In this document: piece after piece, positions 48,642-58,761 of the stretch
Layout of the letters: each line of letters begins with the position of its first letter
Position numbering within the stretch: the stretch's first letter is position 1
Source of the DNA: Deferribacterales bacterium
Lineage (GTDB): Bacteria > Chrysiogenota > Deferribacteres > Deferribacterales > Geovibrionaceae
DNA length: 64,000 nucleotides
NCBI GenBank assembly: GCA_050251945.1
Contig: JBFWLW010000007.1
Span: 68,112-132,111, forward strand
Direction: 5' to 3'
Notes under the pieces: model-generated
What the model saw: only the letters and a program-made list of their open reading frames with translations
Database searches by the model: none
Told to the model about the DNA's origin: nothing
Program-made: the position numbers and the translations under genes

Positions 48642-49496
48642 ATGAAAATATCTGACATGCTTAAAGCCAGACGTACCGTTTCGTTCGAGTTTTTTCCACC
48701 TAAAAAGGAAGAGGGCGAAAACGTACTATACGAAACAATAAAAGAGCTTGTTGATTATAAACCTGATTTTGTATCAGTTACATACGGGGCGGGCGGCTCC
48801 ACGCAGGAGAAGACTGTCGAATGGACTACGCATATTAAAAAGGTTCATGGATTGACAACGATGATGCATCTCACCTGTGTTGCCGCGGATGAGAAGAGCA
48901 TAGACAGAATAACGGATGCTGTTGACTCTATAAAAGTTGAGAACCTGCTCGCGCTGCGCGGCGATTATCCGGCGGACATGCCCGCAGAGCAAAAAAACGG
49001 TAAATTCCGCTATGCATCGGATCTTGTGGAGTATCTGCGGAAAAAACACGGCGATAAATACTGTCTGGGCGTTGCCGGATATCCTGAGATGCATCCCGAA
49101 GCGCCGGATATGGATGCCGACATAGAAAACCTGAAACGCAAGCTCGACGCAGGCGGGGATTTCATAATCACACAGCTTTTCTTTGACAATGAGCTTTATT
49201 TCAGATACATGGACAGGCTGGAAAAGGCGGGGATAACAGCTCCCGTTGTGGCGGGGATAATGCCTATAATCAACATCGCTCAGGTGGTTAAGTTCACCCA
49301 GATGTGCGGAGCGACTGTCCCGCAATTTCTTGTGGACAGAATGGAAGGTAAATCCGAGAAGAATCAATTTATGACAGGTGTGGAATATGCCGTCGAACAG
49401 TGCCGGGGGCTTCTTGCCTCAGGTGCTGCCGGACTGCACTTCTACACGCTGAATAAACACGGCGCCACAGAGGCCGTTCTGGACAGGATAAGGTAA
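48642..49496 (+). CDS. metF: 5,10-methylenetetrahydrofolate reductase
   Basis: SFEFFPPK, SVTYGAGG, ALRGD, GYPE.HP, ITQLFFD, HFYTLN. Confidence 0.97.
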   Translation: MKISDMLKARRTVSFEFFPPKKEEGENVLYETIKELVDYKPDFVSVTYGAGGSTQEKTVEWTTHIKKVHGLTTMMHLTCVAADEKSIDRITDAVDSIKVENLLALRGDYPADMPAEQKNGKFRYASDLVEYLRKKHGDKYCLGVAGYPEMHPEAPDMDADIENLKRKLDAGGDFIITQLFFDNELYFRYMDRLEKAGITAPVVAGIMPIINIAQVVKFTQMCGATVPQFLVDRMEGKSEKNQFMTGVEYAVEQCRGLLASGAAGLHFYTLNKHGATEAVLDRIR

Positions 49497-50371
49497 TGCC
49501 TGTCCACACCGAACCGCTCTACAGACCGCCCAGCGAGGCACACTCGCTTATTTTTCAGATAACCCACGGCTGTTCCTATAACAAATGTGCCTTTTGCGGG
49601 ATGTACCTGCATAAACCTTTCGAGATAAAACCTTTAAACATGGTATTGGCGGAGATATCCGCCGTACCCGGTTCCTATGCCAAAACAGTAAAAAAGATAT
49701 TCCTTGCCGACGGCGACGGGGTCGTATATCCAACCGAAGATCTGATAATCATCCTCGACGCCCTCAACGAAAAATTCCCGAATCTGATAAGGATAAGTTC
49801 CTACTGCGGTCCGCAGGCTATAATGAAAATAAAAGCAGAAGACTGGAAGCGTTTCAGCGAACGCAGATTAAAACTGCTCTATTTCGGTCTGGAATCAGGC
49901 AATAAAGAGGTGCTGAAGCTCATGAACAAAGGCATGGACGCCTTTAAGATACTTCCGAAGGTCAGGCAGATAAAAGAGACAGGGATAGCTTTCTCCGTTA
50001 TGGTCATTCTGGGCGGCGGCGGAAAGAAGCTAAAACAGGAGCATATTGCGGATACGGCGAGGTGGGTGACAGAGGTTTCGCCTGAATATCTTTCCTTTCT
50101 CACTCTGTTCCTGCGCAGAAAGAAGGATTATTTCAACGGTTTGGAAAAACCGACGTTTTGCGACATTTTTGAGGAATCCAGAGACATGATACAATTGATA
50201 GAGGGGCGCAATATTATATTCCGCTCCAACCACGTATCAAACTTTCTGCCGCTGGAGGGCAGACTTGCGCAGGACAGAGACAGGCTGGTCCGGAGCATAA
50301 ACGAAGCCATGAGTGTTCTGGAGGACCGCGGACAGCTTGATAAATATCCTGAATTTTATGAGGAATTTTAA
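49496..50371 (+). CDS. Radical SAM protein of unknown function
   Basis: YRPPSEA, CSYNKCAFC (CX3CX2C), GLESG; TAATG overlap with metF. Confidence 0.92.
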   Translation: MPVHTEPLYRPPSEAHSLIFQITHGCSYNKCAFCGMYLHKPFEIKPLNMVLAEISAVPGSYAKTVKKIFLADGDGVVYPTEDLIIILDALNEKFPNLIRISSYCGPQAIMKIKAEDWKRFSERRLKLLYFGLESGNKEVLKLMNKGMDAFKILPKVRQIKETGIAFSVMVILGGGGKKLKQEHIADTARWVTEVSPEYLSFLTLFLRRKKDYFNGLEKPTFCDIFEESRDMIQLIEGRNIIFRSNHVSNFLPLEGRLAQDRDRLVRSINEAMSVLEDRGQLDKYPEFYEEF

Positions 50372-50382
50372 TTAAACCTTTT

Positions 50383-50630
50383 CCCGGACTGATGACAAAG
50401 AAGAGAAAAGAATAGATCGCGTCGTCGCTTTATTCGACAAATAGTTTAAAGTGGACTCATTTCAGCAAGCTCGGTACAGAAACATTTGCAAAAATAGGCA
50501 AATGTTTTCAGCCTTTGGCTAGTGCTTCTCGCGAAGACAGAAAGAAAAACCTGTCTCTGCGGGGGCATTACCCCGAAGCAGTCTGATTGTTTTGCATAAA
50601 TCGATAGTTTATCAACGACTTGTGTTCGCA
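50383..50630. repeat. Long intergenic repeat, copy 2 (46-bp extra internal segment)
   Basis: Matches 47751-47950, with an extra hairpin segment between TTCAGC repeats. Confidence 0.9.
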
Positions 50631-50643
50631 TTAGGTATTAATA

Positions 50644-50678
50644 AAATCCACCCCTACCCTCCTTTGTTAAAAGAGGGA
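50644..50678. repeat. REP-like family B unit
   Basis: AAATCCACCCCTACCCTCCTTTGTTAAAAGAGGGA resembles 55221-55254 (inverted) and 55271-55305. Confidence 0.7.
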
Positions 50679-50695
50679 GAAGAAGAGGAGTTTTG

Positions 50696-51316
50696 ATGAA
50701 AGCAATATTTGTACCCACAGTTAAAGAGGCACAGGGCATATTTCCAGATATTGAGCTAATGCTTTGGAAACATGGAATTTTTAAGGCTGAATATAATGAC
50801 ATTATGATATTCGTCACAGGTGTTACGAAAACGTGCGCCGCTTTTTCCGCGTCTATGGTATTTAATGAATTTAATGTTCAGGAGGCTGTCCTGACAGGGA
50901 TTTGCGGAGCTTACAGGCAGTCAGGTCTGAAGGTGGGCGATGTTGTGTCCGTTTATAGAGATTTCTTTGCCGACGAGGCTGTTTTTTATAAAGACAGAAT
51001 AACCTCTTTGGGCGAAATGGGCTTTGAATTCGCTAAAGAAGGCTGTTGCAGGTTTGATTCGTACGATAACCTTCCTATAGTTGATTCCAATACCGTTTCT
51101 TTCCTCGACGGAGAGGGTGATGTGTCGTCACTTTTGCATGAAAAGTACGGTGCCTCTGTTGAGAACATGGAGGGCGCTGCATTCGGATTTGTATGTAACA
51201 TGTTGAAGATAAAAGCATATCAGGTTCGAGCCATTTCAAATTTCTGTGGAAGACGCGACACTCAGGAGTGGAACATAAAGTTAGCTCTCGGCAATTTAAA
51301 AAGGCTTTTTGAATAG
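50696..51316 (+). CDS. mqnB: Futalosine hydrolase
   Basis: GICGAY, ENMEGAA, RAISNFCGRRD..W; GAGGAG RBS. Confidence 0.85.
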   Translation: MKAIFVPTVKEAQGIFPDIELMLWKHGIFKAEYNDIMIFVTGVTKTCAAFSASMVFNEFNVQEAVLTGICGAYRQSGLKVGDVVSVYRDFFADEAVFYKDRITSLGEMGFEFAKEGCCRFDSYDNLPIVDSNTVSFLDGEGDVSSLLHEKYGASVENMEGAAFGFVCNMLKIKAYQVRAISNFCGRRDTQEWNIKLALGNLKRLFE

Positions 51317-51527
51317 TATAAAATAAAACTAAAATTGACATTATCGAAATAACCCATTCTCAGAAAACAGACAAACAAACCTAATTATATAATCCTGTAA
51401 CTACCTAATGTGGAAGCTGATTAGTAAAGTACCCCTAATTAGGGGCTTTTTGTATTGACAGTTGACAAGAAATTTAAAACATGTTTTATTACTTGGTATT
51501 ATATCCACTAAGAGGGGGCTATATATA

Positions 51528-53072
51528 ATGGATGAGAAAATTAAATTGCTGCATGACCTCAATGAAGCTGCGGAGCTCGGCGGCGGACTTGAGCGTATTG
51601 AAAAGCAGCACAAGCAGGGCAAGCTCACTGCCCGCGAGAGGATCGACAAACTGCTTGATAAAGGCACGTTTGTCGAACTTGATAAATTTGTCGTTCACAG
51701 ATGCGACAATTTCGGAATGGAGAAAACAAAATTCCTTGGCGACGGCGTCGTAACAGGTTACGGCAAAGTTAACGGGAAAACAGTTTTTGTCTTTTCTCAG
51801 GATTTTACGGTTTTCGGCGGTTCGCTGGCTGAAATGTTTGCCCGTAAGATCTGCAAGATAATGGACAAAGCTATGGAACTGGGCTGCCCCGTGATCGGTC
51901 TTAACGATTCAGGCGGCGCAAGGATTCAGGAAGGCGTTCTTTCGCTCGCAGGCTACGCCGATATTTTCCTTCGCAACACGCTTGCCTCCGGCGTTGTTCC
52001 CCAGATATCAGCTATCATGGGACCGTGCGCGGGCGGTGCTGTTTATTCACCCGCTCTGACAGACTTCACTTTCATGGTTAAAAACACCTCATACATGTTC
52101 ATCACAGGTCCTGAGGTTGTTAAGACCGTTACAAGTGAGGACGTTACCAAAGAGGAACTCGGCGGTGCGATGACCCACAACACAACATCCGGTGTGGCTC
52201 ACTTCGCAACCGAAAACGATGAAGACGCTATTCTGAGAATCAGAGAGCTGCTCAGCTTCATCCCTTCCAACAACATGGAAGAAGCTCCCATAGTTCCCAC
52301 CAAAGACGATCCCAACAGAACAGACGAATCACTTCGCAAAATTGTTCCTGAAAACCCCAACCAGCCTTATGATATGCACGAAGTTATTGCCAAGATCGTG
52401 GACGACGGCAACTTCTTCGAGATTCAGGAACACTATGCAAAAAATATACTCGTGGGCTTTGCAAGGCTCAACGGACGCTCCATCGGTATCGTGGCAAACC
52501 AGCCCGCTATCATGGCAGGCGCTCTGGACATCAACTCATCCGTAAAAGCGGCGAGATTCGTTCGCTTCTGCGATGCGTTCAACATCCCGATACTCACTCT
52601 TGAAGACGTTCCCGGCTTCATGCCCGGCGTTCAGCAGGAACTCGGCGGTATCATCCGCCACGGCGCGAAACTGCTCTATGCATACTGCGAGGCGACTGTT
52701 CCGAAAGTCACCCTCATCACCAGAAAAGCATACGGCGGCGCATACGACGTTCTCAGCTCCAAGCACGTTCGCGGCGACCTTAATTACGCATATCCTATCG
52801 CGGAGATCGCAGTTATGGGACCCGACGGCGCGGCACAGATTCTTTTCGGCAAACAGATAGCCTCTTCTGCCGATCCTGCTGCCGCTAAAAAAGAGAAAGT
52901 TGACGAATACAGAGAAACGTTCGCCAACCCCTACAGAGCTGCTGAACTCGGCTTCATAGACGAGGTTATCCTGCCCGAAGACACACGTCCTAAACTTATT
53001 CAGGCGTTTGAGCTTCTTTCCAACAAAAGGCAGACAAACCCCGCTAAAAAGCACGATAACCTGCCGCTGTAA
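51528..53072 (+). CDS. pccB: Propionyl-CoA carboxylase carboxyltransferase subunit
   Basis: [41 protein letters not shown]; clustered with the mutase. Confidence 0.92.
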   Translation: MDEKIKLLHDLNEAAELGGGLERIEKQHKQGKLTARERIDKLLDKGTFVELDKFVVHRCDNFGMEKTKFLGDGVVTGYGKVNGKTVFVFSQDFTVFGGSLAEMFARKICKIMDKAMELGCPVIGLNDSGGARIQEGVLSLAGYADIFLRNTLASGVVPQISAIMGPCAGGAVYSPALTDFTFMVKNTSYMFITGPEVVKTVTSEDVTKEELGGAMTHNTTSGVAHFATENDEDAILRIRELLSFIPSNNMEEAPIVPTKDDPNRTDESLRKIVPENPNQPYDMHEVIAKIVDDGNFFEIQEHYAKNILVGFARLNGRSIGIVANQPAIMAGALDINSSVKAARFVRFCDAFNIPILTLEDVPGFMPGVQQELGGIIRHGAKLLYAYCEATVPKVTLITRKAYGGAYDVLSSKHVRGDLNYAYPIAEIAVMGPDGAAQILFGKQIASSADPAAAKKEKVDEYRETFANPYRAAELGFIDEVILPEDTRPKLIQAFELLSNKRQTNPAKKHDNLPL

Positions 53073-53084
53073 GGAGTGGGAAAA

Positions 53085-54605
53085 ATGGCTGATATTAAAA
53101 AAGTACTTGTCGCCAACAGAGGCGAGATCGCAATAAGAGTTTTCAGAACATGCCGCAAGATGGGCATCAAAACAGTTGCCATCTATACCCACGCAGACCG
53201 CAAGGCTCCCCACGTCCGCTATGCTGACGAGGCGTATTGCATTACTGTCGACGATCATGACACCAGCTATCTTAAGATGGACCTCATTATTGAAATAGCC
53301 AAAAAAACAGGTGCCGCTATCCACCCCGGATACGGTTTCTACTCCGAGAACCCCTCGTTTGTTAAACGTCTTGAGGAAGAGGGCATCACCTTCATCGGTC
53401 CCAAATCCGAACACATCATCATGATGGGTTCAAAAACAGGCGCAAGACAAGCTATGACGGCTGCCGGAGTCCCCGTTGTTCCAGGTACGAAAGAACCCAT
53501 TACCGATGTTGAGGTTGCTAAAAAAGTTGCCAGAGAGGTCGGATATCCCATCATGCTTAAAGCCGTTCACGGCGGCGGCGGAAAGGGTATGCGTCTTGTT
53601 AATGAGGAATCCGAATTTGAGTCCTCATACAGAATGGCAAGCTCCGAAGCGCAGAATGCATTCGGTAACGGCGAGATGTACATTGAAAAATTCATCGTAC
53701 AGCCTCACCACATTGAAATTCAGGTTCTCGGCGACTCCCATGGAAACGCCGTTCACCTCTTCGAGCGTGAATGTTCAATCCAGCGTCGTCACCAGAAAGT
53801 AATAGAAGAAGCTCCCAGCCCCTTCATCAATGATGAAACAAGGGAGAAGATGTACGAGGTTGCCGTTAAAGCGGTAAAAGCCATTGGATACATCAGCGCC
53901 GGTACTCTTGAGTTCATCGTGGGCGCAGACCAGAACTTCTATTTCCTTGAGATGAACACCCGTCTTCAGGTTGAGCACCCCGTAACAGAGCTTATCACAG
54001 GCGTCGATATCGTTCGTGATATGATACTTGTTGCCGAGGGCAAACCGCTCACTTTCACCCAGGATGAGATCGTAAGAAACGGTCACGCCATTGAGTGCCG
54101 CGTTTATGCGGAAGATCCGTCAAACAATTTCGTTCCCTCCCCCGGTCTCATAACCGTTTATGAAGTTCCCGGCGGACCCAACGTACGTATCGAAAGCGGT
54201 GCGTATGCGGGATTTGAAGTTCCGATATATTACGACCCTATGATCGCGAAAGTATGCTCTGTGGGCAAGACCCGCGAAAGCGCTATCGTGAGCATGAAAC
54301 GTATCCTTTCCGAGTATAAGGTTTCAGGTATCAAAACCTCAATTCCCTTTCACCAGCGGGTGCTTGAGAATGAGACCTTCCTCTCCGGAAACTATGACAC
54401 AGGCTTCATCGACAACAAATTTGACATGGAAGACCTTAAGCGTAAGCAGTCTGCCGACGTTGATGTGCCGATAATCGCCGCTGTCATAAAACAGCTTCTT
54501 TCAGAAAAAGAAGCGGCCGCGAGAAGCGTGACAAGGCGCGACGTAGGCGAATCCCACTGGAAACGCTTCGGAAGACTTGTAAGCCTTGGCAACAGGCTCG
54601 GTTAA
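53085..54605 (+). CDS. pccA: Biotin carboxylase subunit (PccA/AccC type, no fused BCCP)
   Basis: ANRGEIA, HPGYGF, GGGGKGMR, ERECSIQRRHQK, EMNTRLQVEHP. Confidence 0.88.
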   Translation: MADIKKVLVANRGEIAIRVFRTCRKMGIKTVAIYTHADRKAPHVRYADEAYCITVDDHDTSYLKMDLIIEIAKKTGAAIHPGYGFYSENPSFVKRLEEEGITFIGPKSEHIIMMGSKTGARQAMTAAGVPVVPGTKEPITDVEVAKKVAREVGYPIMLKAVHGGGGKGMRLVNEESEFESSYRMASSEAQNAFGNGEMYIEKFIVQPHHIEIQVLGDSHGNAVHLFERECSIQRRHQKVIEEAPSPFINDETREKMYEVAVKAVKAIGYISAGTLEFIVGADQNFYFLEMNTRLQVEHPVTELITGVDIVRDMILVAEGKPLTFTQDEIVRNGHAIECRVYAEDPSNNFVPSPGLITVYEVPGGPNVRIESGAYAGFEVPIYYDPMIAKVCSVGKTRESAIVSMKRILSEYKVSGIKTSIPFHQRVLENETFLSGNYDTGFIDNKFDMEDLKRKQSADVDVPIIAAVIKQLLSEKEAAARSVTRRDVGESHWKRFGRLVSLGNRLG

Positions 54606-54616
54606 GGGGTGGAACA

Positions 54617-55138
54617 ATGATAACAAAAAGAAATTATTTCGTTACGGTCGATAAAGGCGAGGAAGAACATCTTGTTGAGCTTGTTGAAAGAAAAACAGGT
54701 ATCTTCGAGATAGATATCGACGGAAGAAAATATACCGCCGACTTTTCCGTAGCCGGCGACGCCGTTTATTCCATCATCGTTGACGGCAGGTCATACGCTA
54801 TGGATATAGACGAGAAGGGCGACAACTTCACCATCCTCACAGACGAAGGCGATACCTTCGAGGTTGAGGTTCTGGACGAGATGAAACGTCTGATGAAGAT
54901 GCGTTCAACTGCCGGACTTGAAGGACGTCAGGTTATCGAGGCGCAGATGCCCGGATATATCTGGAAACTCCTTGTTGAACCCGGACAGGAAGTTGAGGCG
55001 GGACAGCCCCTTATGATCCTTGTTGCCATGAAAATGGAAAACGAGATCAAAGCTCCGAAAGGTGGGGTTGTTCAGGATATTTTCGTTACTCTTGACCAGA
55101 CAGTTGCCACAGGCGACAAACTGGCGGTTGTTGAGTAA
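54617..55138 (+). CDS. Biotin carboxyl carrier protein with N-terminal BT-like domain
   Basis: AMKMENEI biotinylation motif. Confidence 0.93.
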   Translation: MITKRNYFVTVDKGEEEHLVELVERKTGIFEIDIDGRKYTADFSVAGDAVYSIIVDGRSYAMDIDEKGDNFTILTDEGDTFEVEVLDEMKRLMKMRSTAGLEGRQVIEAQMPGYIWKLLVEPGQEVEAGQPLMILVAMKMENEIKAPKGGVVQDIFVTLDQTVATGDKLAVVE

Positions 55139-55184
55139 TTTGTAGCCCAAAACACTGCAGTTAAAAGGGGATGGAACATCCTCT

Positions 55185-55339
55185 CAGAGCTTATGACAAG
55201 GTAAAATAGCCCATCTTACGCCCTCCTTTAGAAAAGGAGGGTCGGGGTGGATTTGATTGATACTCAATGTAAATCCCCCTTAGTCCCCCTTTTTTAAAGG
55301 GGGAGATAAGAAAGTGGAAATTACTTTGTCAATTTTCTG
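55185..55339. mobile_element. MITE-like element containing two family B REPs
   Basis: Imperfect terminal inverted repeats CAGAGCTTATGACAAGGTAA / TTACTTTGTCAATTTTCTG. Confidence 0.6.
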
Positions 55340-55397
55340 AAGGGAATCCCCCCTTTTTTGTTTCACTTGAGGGAGTCGGAACACTGCGGCTGATCAA

Positions 55398-55473
55398 TGA
55401 GATCGCTTCGTTACTGCGTTCCTCGCGAAGACGGCTTTATGTCTCTGAGAGGGATTTACCCGCGGCAGTCTCA
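55398..55473. repeat. REP-like family A inverted pair
   Basis: TGAGATCGCTTCG...CCTCGCGAAGAC...GTCTCTGAGAGGG...CGCGGCAGTCTCA. Confidence 0.75.
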
Positions 55474-55496
55474 TAAATTTATGAGTGAGGTAATCT

Positions 55497-57638
55497 ATGT
55501 TTGCACGGAAGTCCCTTGAGGACTGGGAAAAACAGGCGAAGAAAGAGACCAGATCGGACAGTCTTGACCGTCTGATGTGGCACACCGCAGAGGGTATAGA
55601 CGTTAAGCCTCTGTATACAAAAACTGATGCTGACAATCTCGAATACACTGATACTCTGCCGGGCATGGCTCCTTTTTTGAGAGGACCCATGGCGACAATG
55701 TATGCCGGAAAGCCATGGACGGTTCGTCAGTATGCAGGTTTCTCAACTGCTGAGGAATCCAACGCATTTTATAAGAAAAACCTCGCCGCAGGACAGCAGG
55801 GGCTGTCAGTGGCTTTCGACCTTGCGACCCACAGAGGATACGATTCCGACCACCCCAGAGTTGTCGGCGACGTGGGTAAGGCAGGGGTTGCAATAGATTC
55901 TGTCGAGGATATGAAGATACTCTTTGATAGTATCCCCCTTGGCGACGTTTCAGTTTCAATGACCATGAACGGTGCGGTTCTGCCCATTATGTCCATGTAC
56001 ATAGTGGCGGCGGAAGAGCAGGGCGTGACACAGGACAGACTGGCTGGAACCATCCAGAACGATATCCTGAAAGAGTTCATGGTGCGTAACACCTATATCT
56101 ATCCCCCCGCGCCTTCAATGAGAATTATCGCTGATATCATAGAACACACCAGCAAATACATGCCCAAGTTCAACTCAATATCAATTTCCGGCTACCATAT
56201 TCAGGAAGCCGGGGCTAACAACGTTCTTGAGCTTGCGTTTACGCTGGCGGACGGGCTTGAATATGTGAAAGCGGCACTCTCGAAAGGTCTGGATATCGAC
56301 GCGTTTGCTCCGAGGCTTTCATTCTTCTTCGGGATAGGCATGAACTTCTTCATGGAGATAGCCAAGCTCAGAGCCGCAAGACTGCTCTGGAGCGAGCTTA
56401 TCGCCAAGTTCAACCCTCAGAATCCCAAATCCCTCGCTCTGCGTACGCACTGCCAGACATCCGGCTGGTCGCTCACAGAGCAGGATCCTTACAATAACGT
56501 TATCAGAACGACTATTGAGGCGATGGCGGCGGTTCTGGGCGGTACCCAGTCTCTTCACACCAACGCCCTTGACGAGGCTATCGCGCTTCCCACCGTTCAA
56601 TCGGCAAGGATTGCGAGAAACACCCAGCTTGTTATTCAGGAAGAGACGGGAATAACAAAGGTAATCGACCCGCTGGGCGGCTCATATTACATAGAATCAC
56701 TCACTCAGCAGCTTATCGACAAAGCGCGCGGACAGCTTGCCGAGATAGAGAAACTGGGCGGTATGACAAAAGCTATTGAAAGCGGTCTGCCCAAACTTAA
56801 GATAGAAGAATCGGCTGCGAAAAAACAAGCCGCGATAGACAGCGGAAAAGATGTTATAGTAGGGGTAAACAAGTATAAGCTTGCGCAGGAAGACCCCATA
56901 GACGTTCTTGACATCGACAACACTGTTGTCCGCGAGTCACAGATAAAACGTCTGGAAAAGATAAAGGCGGAAAGGGACAGCGCCGCATGTCAGGCGGCAC
57001 TTGACGCGCTTACGGCGGCATGTGATGATAAGTCGGCTAATCTTCTTGAATACTGTGTTAAAGCGGCAAGACTCCGCGCCACAGTGGGCGAGATATCCGA
57101 CGCGATGGAAAAGAAATTCGGCAGACACAAAGCGGAGATCAAGCTTGTGTCGGGAGCTTACGGTTCAATGTTTGAATCTGACGAGACATTTGCCGGTATC
57201 AAAAAAGACATAGATGATTTTGAAAAGAAAACAGGTCGTCGTCCCCGTATCCTTGTTGCCAAAATGGGACAGGACGGACACGACCGCGGGGCGAAAGTGG
57301 TTGCCTCAGCCTATGCAGATTGCGGGTTCGACGTTGACGTCGGACCCCTTTTCCAGACTCCGGAAGAGGCTGCAAAGATGGCTGTTGAAAACGACGTCCA
57401 CGTTGTAGGCGTTTCATCGCTTGCGGCAGGTCACAAGACGCTGGTGCCTCAGCTTGCTGCAGAGCTTAAAAAACTCGACGCGGAAGATATCATAATAGTC
57501 TGCGGAGGTGTTATCCCCAGACAGGATTATGATGAACTTTATGCCGCGGGCGCAACATGCATCTTCGGACCCGGAACGACAATAACAAAGTCCGCCAGAG
57601 ACACTCTGGAAGCTATTAAAAAATCTATCGGAGTTTAG
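55497..57638 (+). CDS. scpA: Methylmalonyl-CoA mutase (B12-dependent, single chain)
   Basis: [30 protein letters not shown]12 motif QDGHDRG. Confidence 0.97.
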   Translation: MFARKSLEDWEKQAKKETRSDSLDRLMWHTAEGIDVKPLYTKTDADNLEYTDTLPGMAPFLRGPMATMYAGKPWTVRQYAGFSTAEESNAFYKKNLAAGQQGLSVAFDLATHRGYDSDHPRVVGDVGKAGVAIDSVEDMKILFDSIPLGDVSVSMTMNGAVLPIMSMYIVAAEEQGVTQDRLAGTIQNDILKEFMVRNTYIYPPAPSMRIIADIIEHTSKYMPKFNSISISGYHIQEAGANNVLELAFTLADGLEYVKAALSKGLDIDAFAPRLSFFFGIGMNFFMEIAKLRAARLLWSELIAKFNPQNPKSLALRTHCQTSGWSLTEQDPYNNVIRTTIEAMAAVLGGTQSLHTNALDEAIALPTVQSARIARNTQLVIQEETGITKVIDPLGGSYYIESLTQQLIDKARGQLAEIEKLGGMTKAIESGLPKLKIEESAAKKQAAIDSGKDVIVGVNKYKLAQEDPIDVLDIDNTVVRESQIKRLEKIKAERDSAACQAALDALTAACDDKSANLLEYCVKAARLRATVGEISDAMEKKFGRHKAEIKLVSGAYGSMFESDETFAGIKKDIDDFEKKTGRRPRILVAKMGQDGHDRGAKVVASAYADCGFDVDVGPLFQTPEEAAKMAVENDVHVVGVSSLAAGHKTLVPQLAAELKKLDAEDIIIVCGGVIPRQDYDELYAAGATCIFGPGTTITKSARDTLEAIKKSIGV

Positions 57639-57640
57639 AT

Positions 57641-58618
57641 TTGTACAATGTTGATTTGCTGGCAGAAGGAATACTGGAAAGGAAACTGCGCCCTCTGTCT
57701 AAAGCTATAACGCTGATTGAAAGCCGCAATCCGGAACATGGTCAGCTAGCTAATCAACTTATGGAAAAAATACTGCCCCATACCGGAGATTCCGTTCGCA
57801 TCGGAATTTCCGGTGTTCCCGGGGTTGGCAAAAGTACATTCATAGAATCATTCGGAAAACTTCTCACTTCAAAAGGGCATAAGGTTGCCGTTCTGGCTGT
57901 CGATCCGACTTCACAGCTAACAGGCGGTTCCATTCTGGGGGATAAGACCCGTATGGAGGAACTTGCGCGCGACGAGCATGCATTCATAAGACCTTCTCCC
58001 GCAGGAGCCACTCTTGGCGGCGTGGCAAGAAAAACCCGCGAAACCATGCTTCTCTGCGAAGCGGCGGGCTACGACGTCATCCTTGTGGAAACTGTAGGTG
58101 TCGGTCAGTCAGAGATAACTGTTGCATCCATGGTGGATTTCTTCATGCTCCTTCAGCTTGCAAACGCGGGAGATGAGCTTCAGGGAATCAAAAAGGGTGT
58201 TATGGAGATAGCCGATGCGATAGTCATAAACAAGGCGGAAGGCTCAAACCGTATGCGTGCAGAGGTCGCCGCACAGCAGTATGTGAACGCCCTTCATATT
58301 CTTCGCCCGAAAAGTCCCAACTGGCAGGTTCCCGTCATGCTTTGCAGCGCAATGTATAGAGAGGGCATAGCCGAAATATGGGACATGGTGTGTGATTACT
58401 ACGAAAAACTTTCTAACAGCGGCGAATTTGACATGAAGCGCCGCAAACAGTCAGTCGACTGGTTCTGGTCACTGCTTATGGACGACCTGAAAGAAATGTT
58501 CCTTACAAACAAGAATGTGGAGGGAATGTTCGCAGGAACACGCGAAGCAGTGGAAAAAGGCATAATACCGCCCTCTGTGGCATCTAAGCGCCTGCTTGAA
58601 TTGTTTAAGCGCAACTGA
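57641..58618 (+). CDS. meaB: Mutase-associated GTPase MeaB
   Basis: GVPGVGKST, GGSILGDKTRM, ETVGVGQSE, NKAE; TTG start. Confidence 0.96.
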   Translation: MYNVDLLAEGILERKLRPLSKAITLIESRNPEHGQLANQLMEKILPHTGDSVRIGISGVPGVGKSTFIESFGKLLTSKGHKVAVLAVDPTSQLTGGSILGDKTRMEELARDEHAFIRPSPAGATLGGVARKTRETMLLCEAAGYDVILVETVGVGQSEITVASMVDFFMLLQLANAGDELQGIKKGVMEIADAIVINKAEGSNRMRAEVAAQQYVNALHILRPKSPNWQVPVMLCSAMYREGIAEIWDMVCDYYEKLSNSGEFDMKRRKQSVDWFWSLLMDDLKEMFLTNKNVEGMFAGTREAVEKGIIPPSVASKRLLELFKRN

Positions 58619-58646
58619 TTGCCCCTTATCTTTATTCATCCGCTAT

Positions 58647-58674
58647 TTAACCTTCCCTTAACCGTGGCTTAACC
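58647..58674 (+). promoter_or_regulatory. OmpR-type tandem repeat box
   Basis: TTAACC at 58647, 58658 and 58669 (11-bp period). Confidence 0.65.
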
Positions 58675-58761
58675 GTGCAGATAGTAAAAAAAATGTAGGC
58701 TACCCGTAAAAAAAGCGTGAAATTTATGTGTGCAATCCTATAGTAAAACTACAGGCAAATT

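Noticed and set aside
55139..55496. Cobalamin riboswitch upstream of the mutase
   Set aside because: No B12-box core recognised; the structure is explained by MITE/REP repeats
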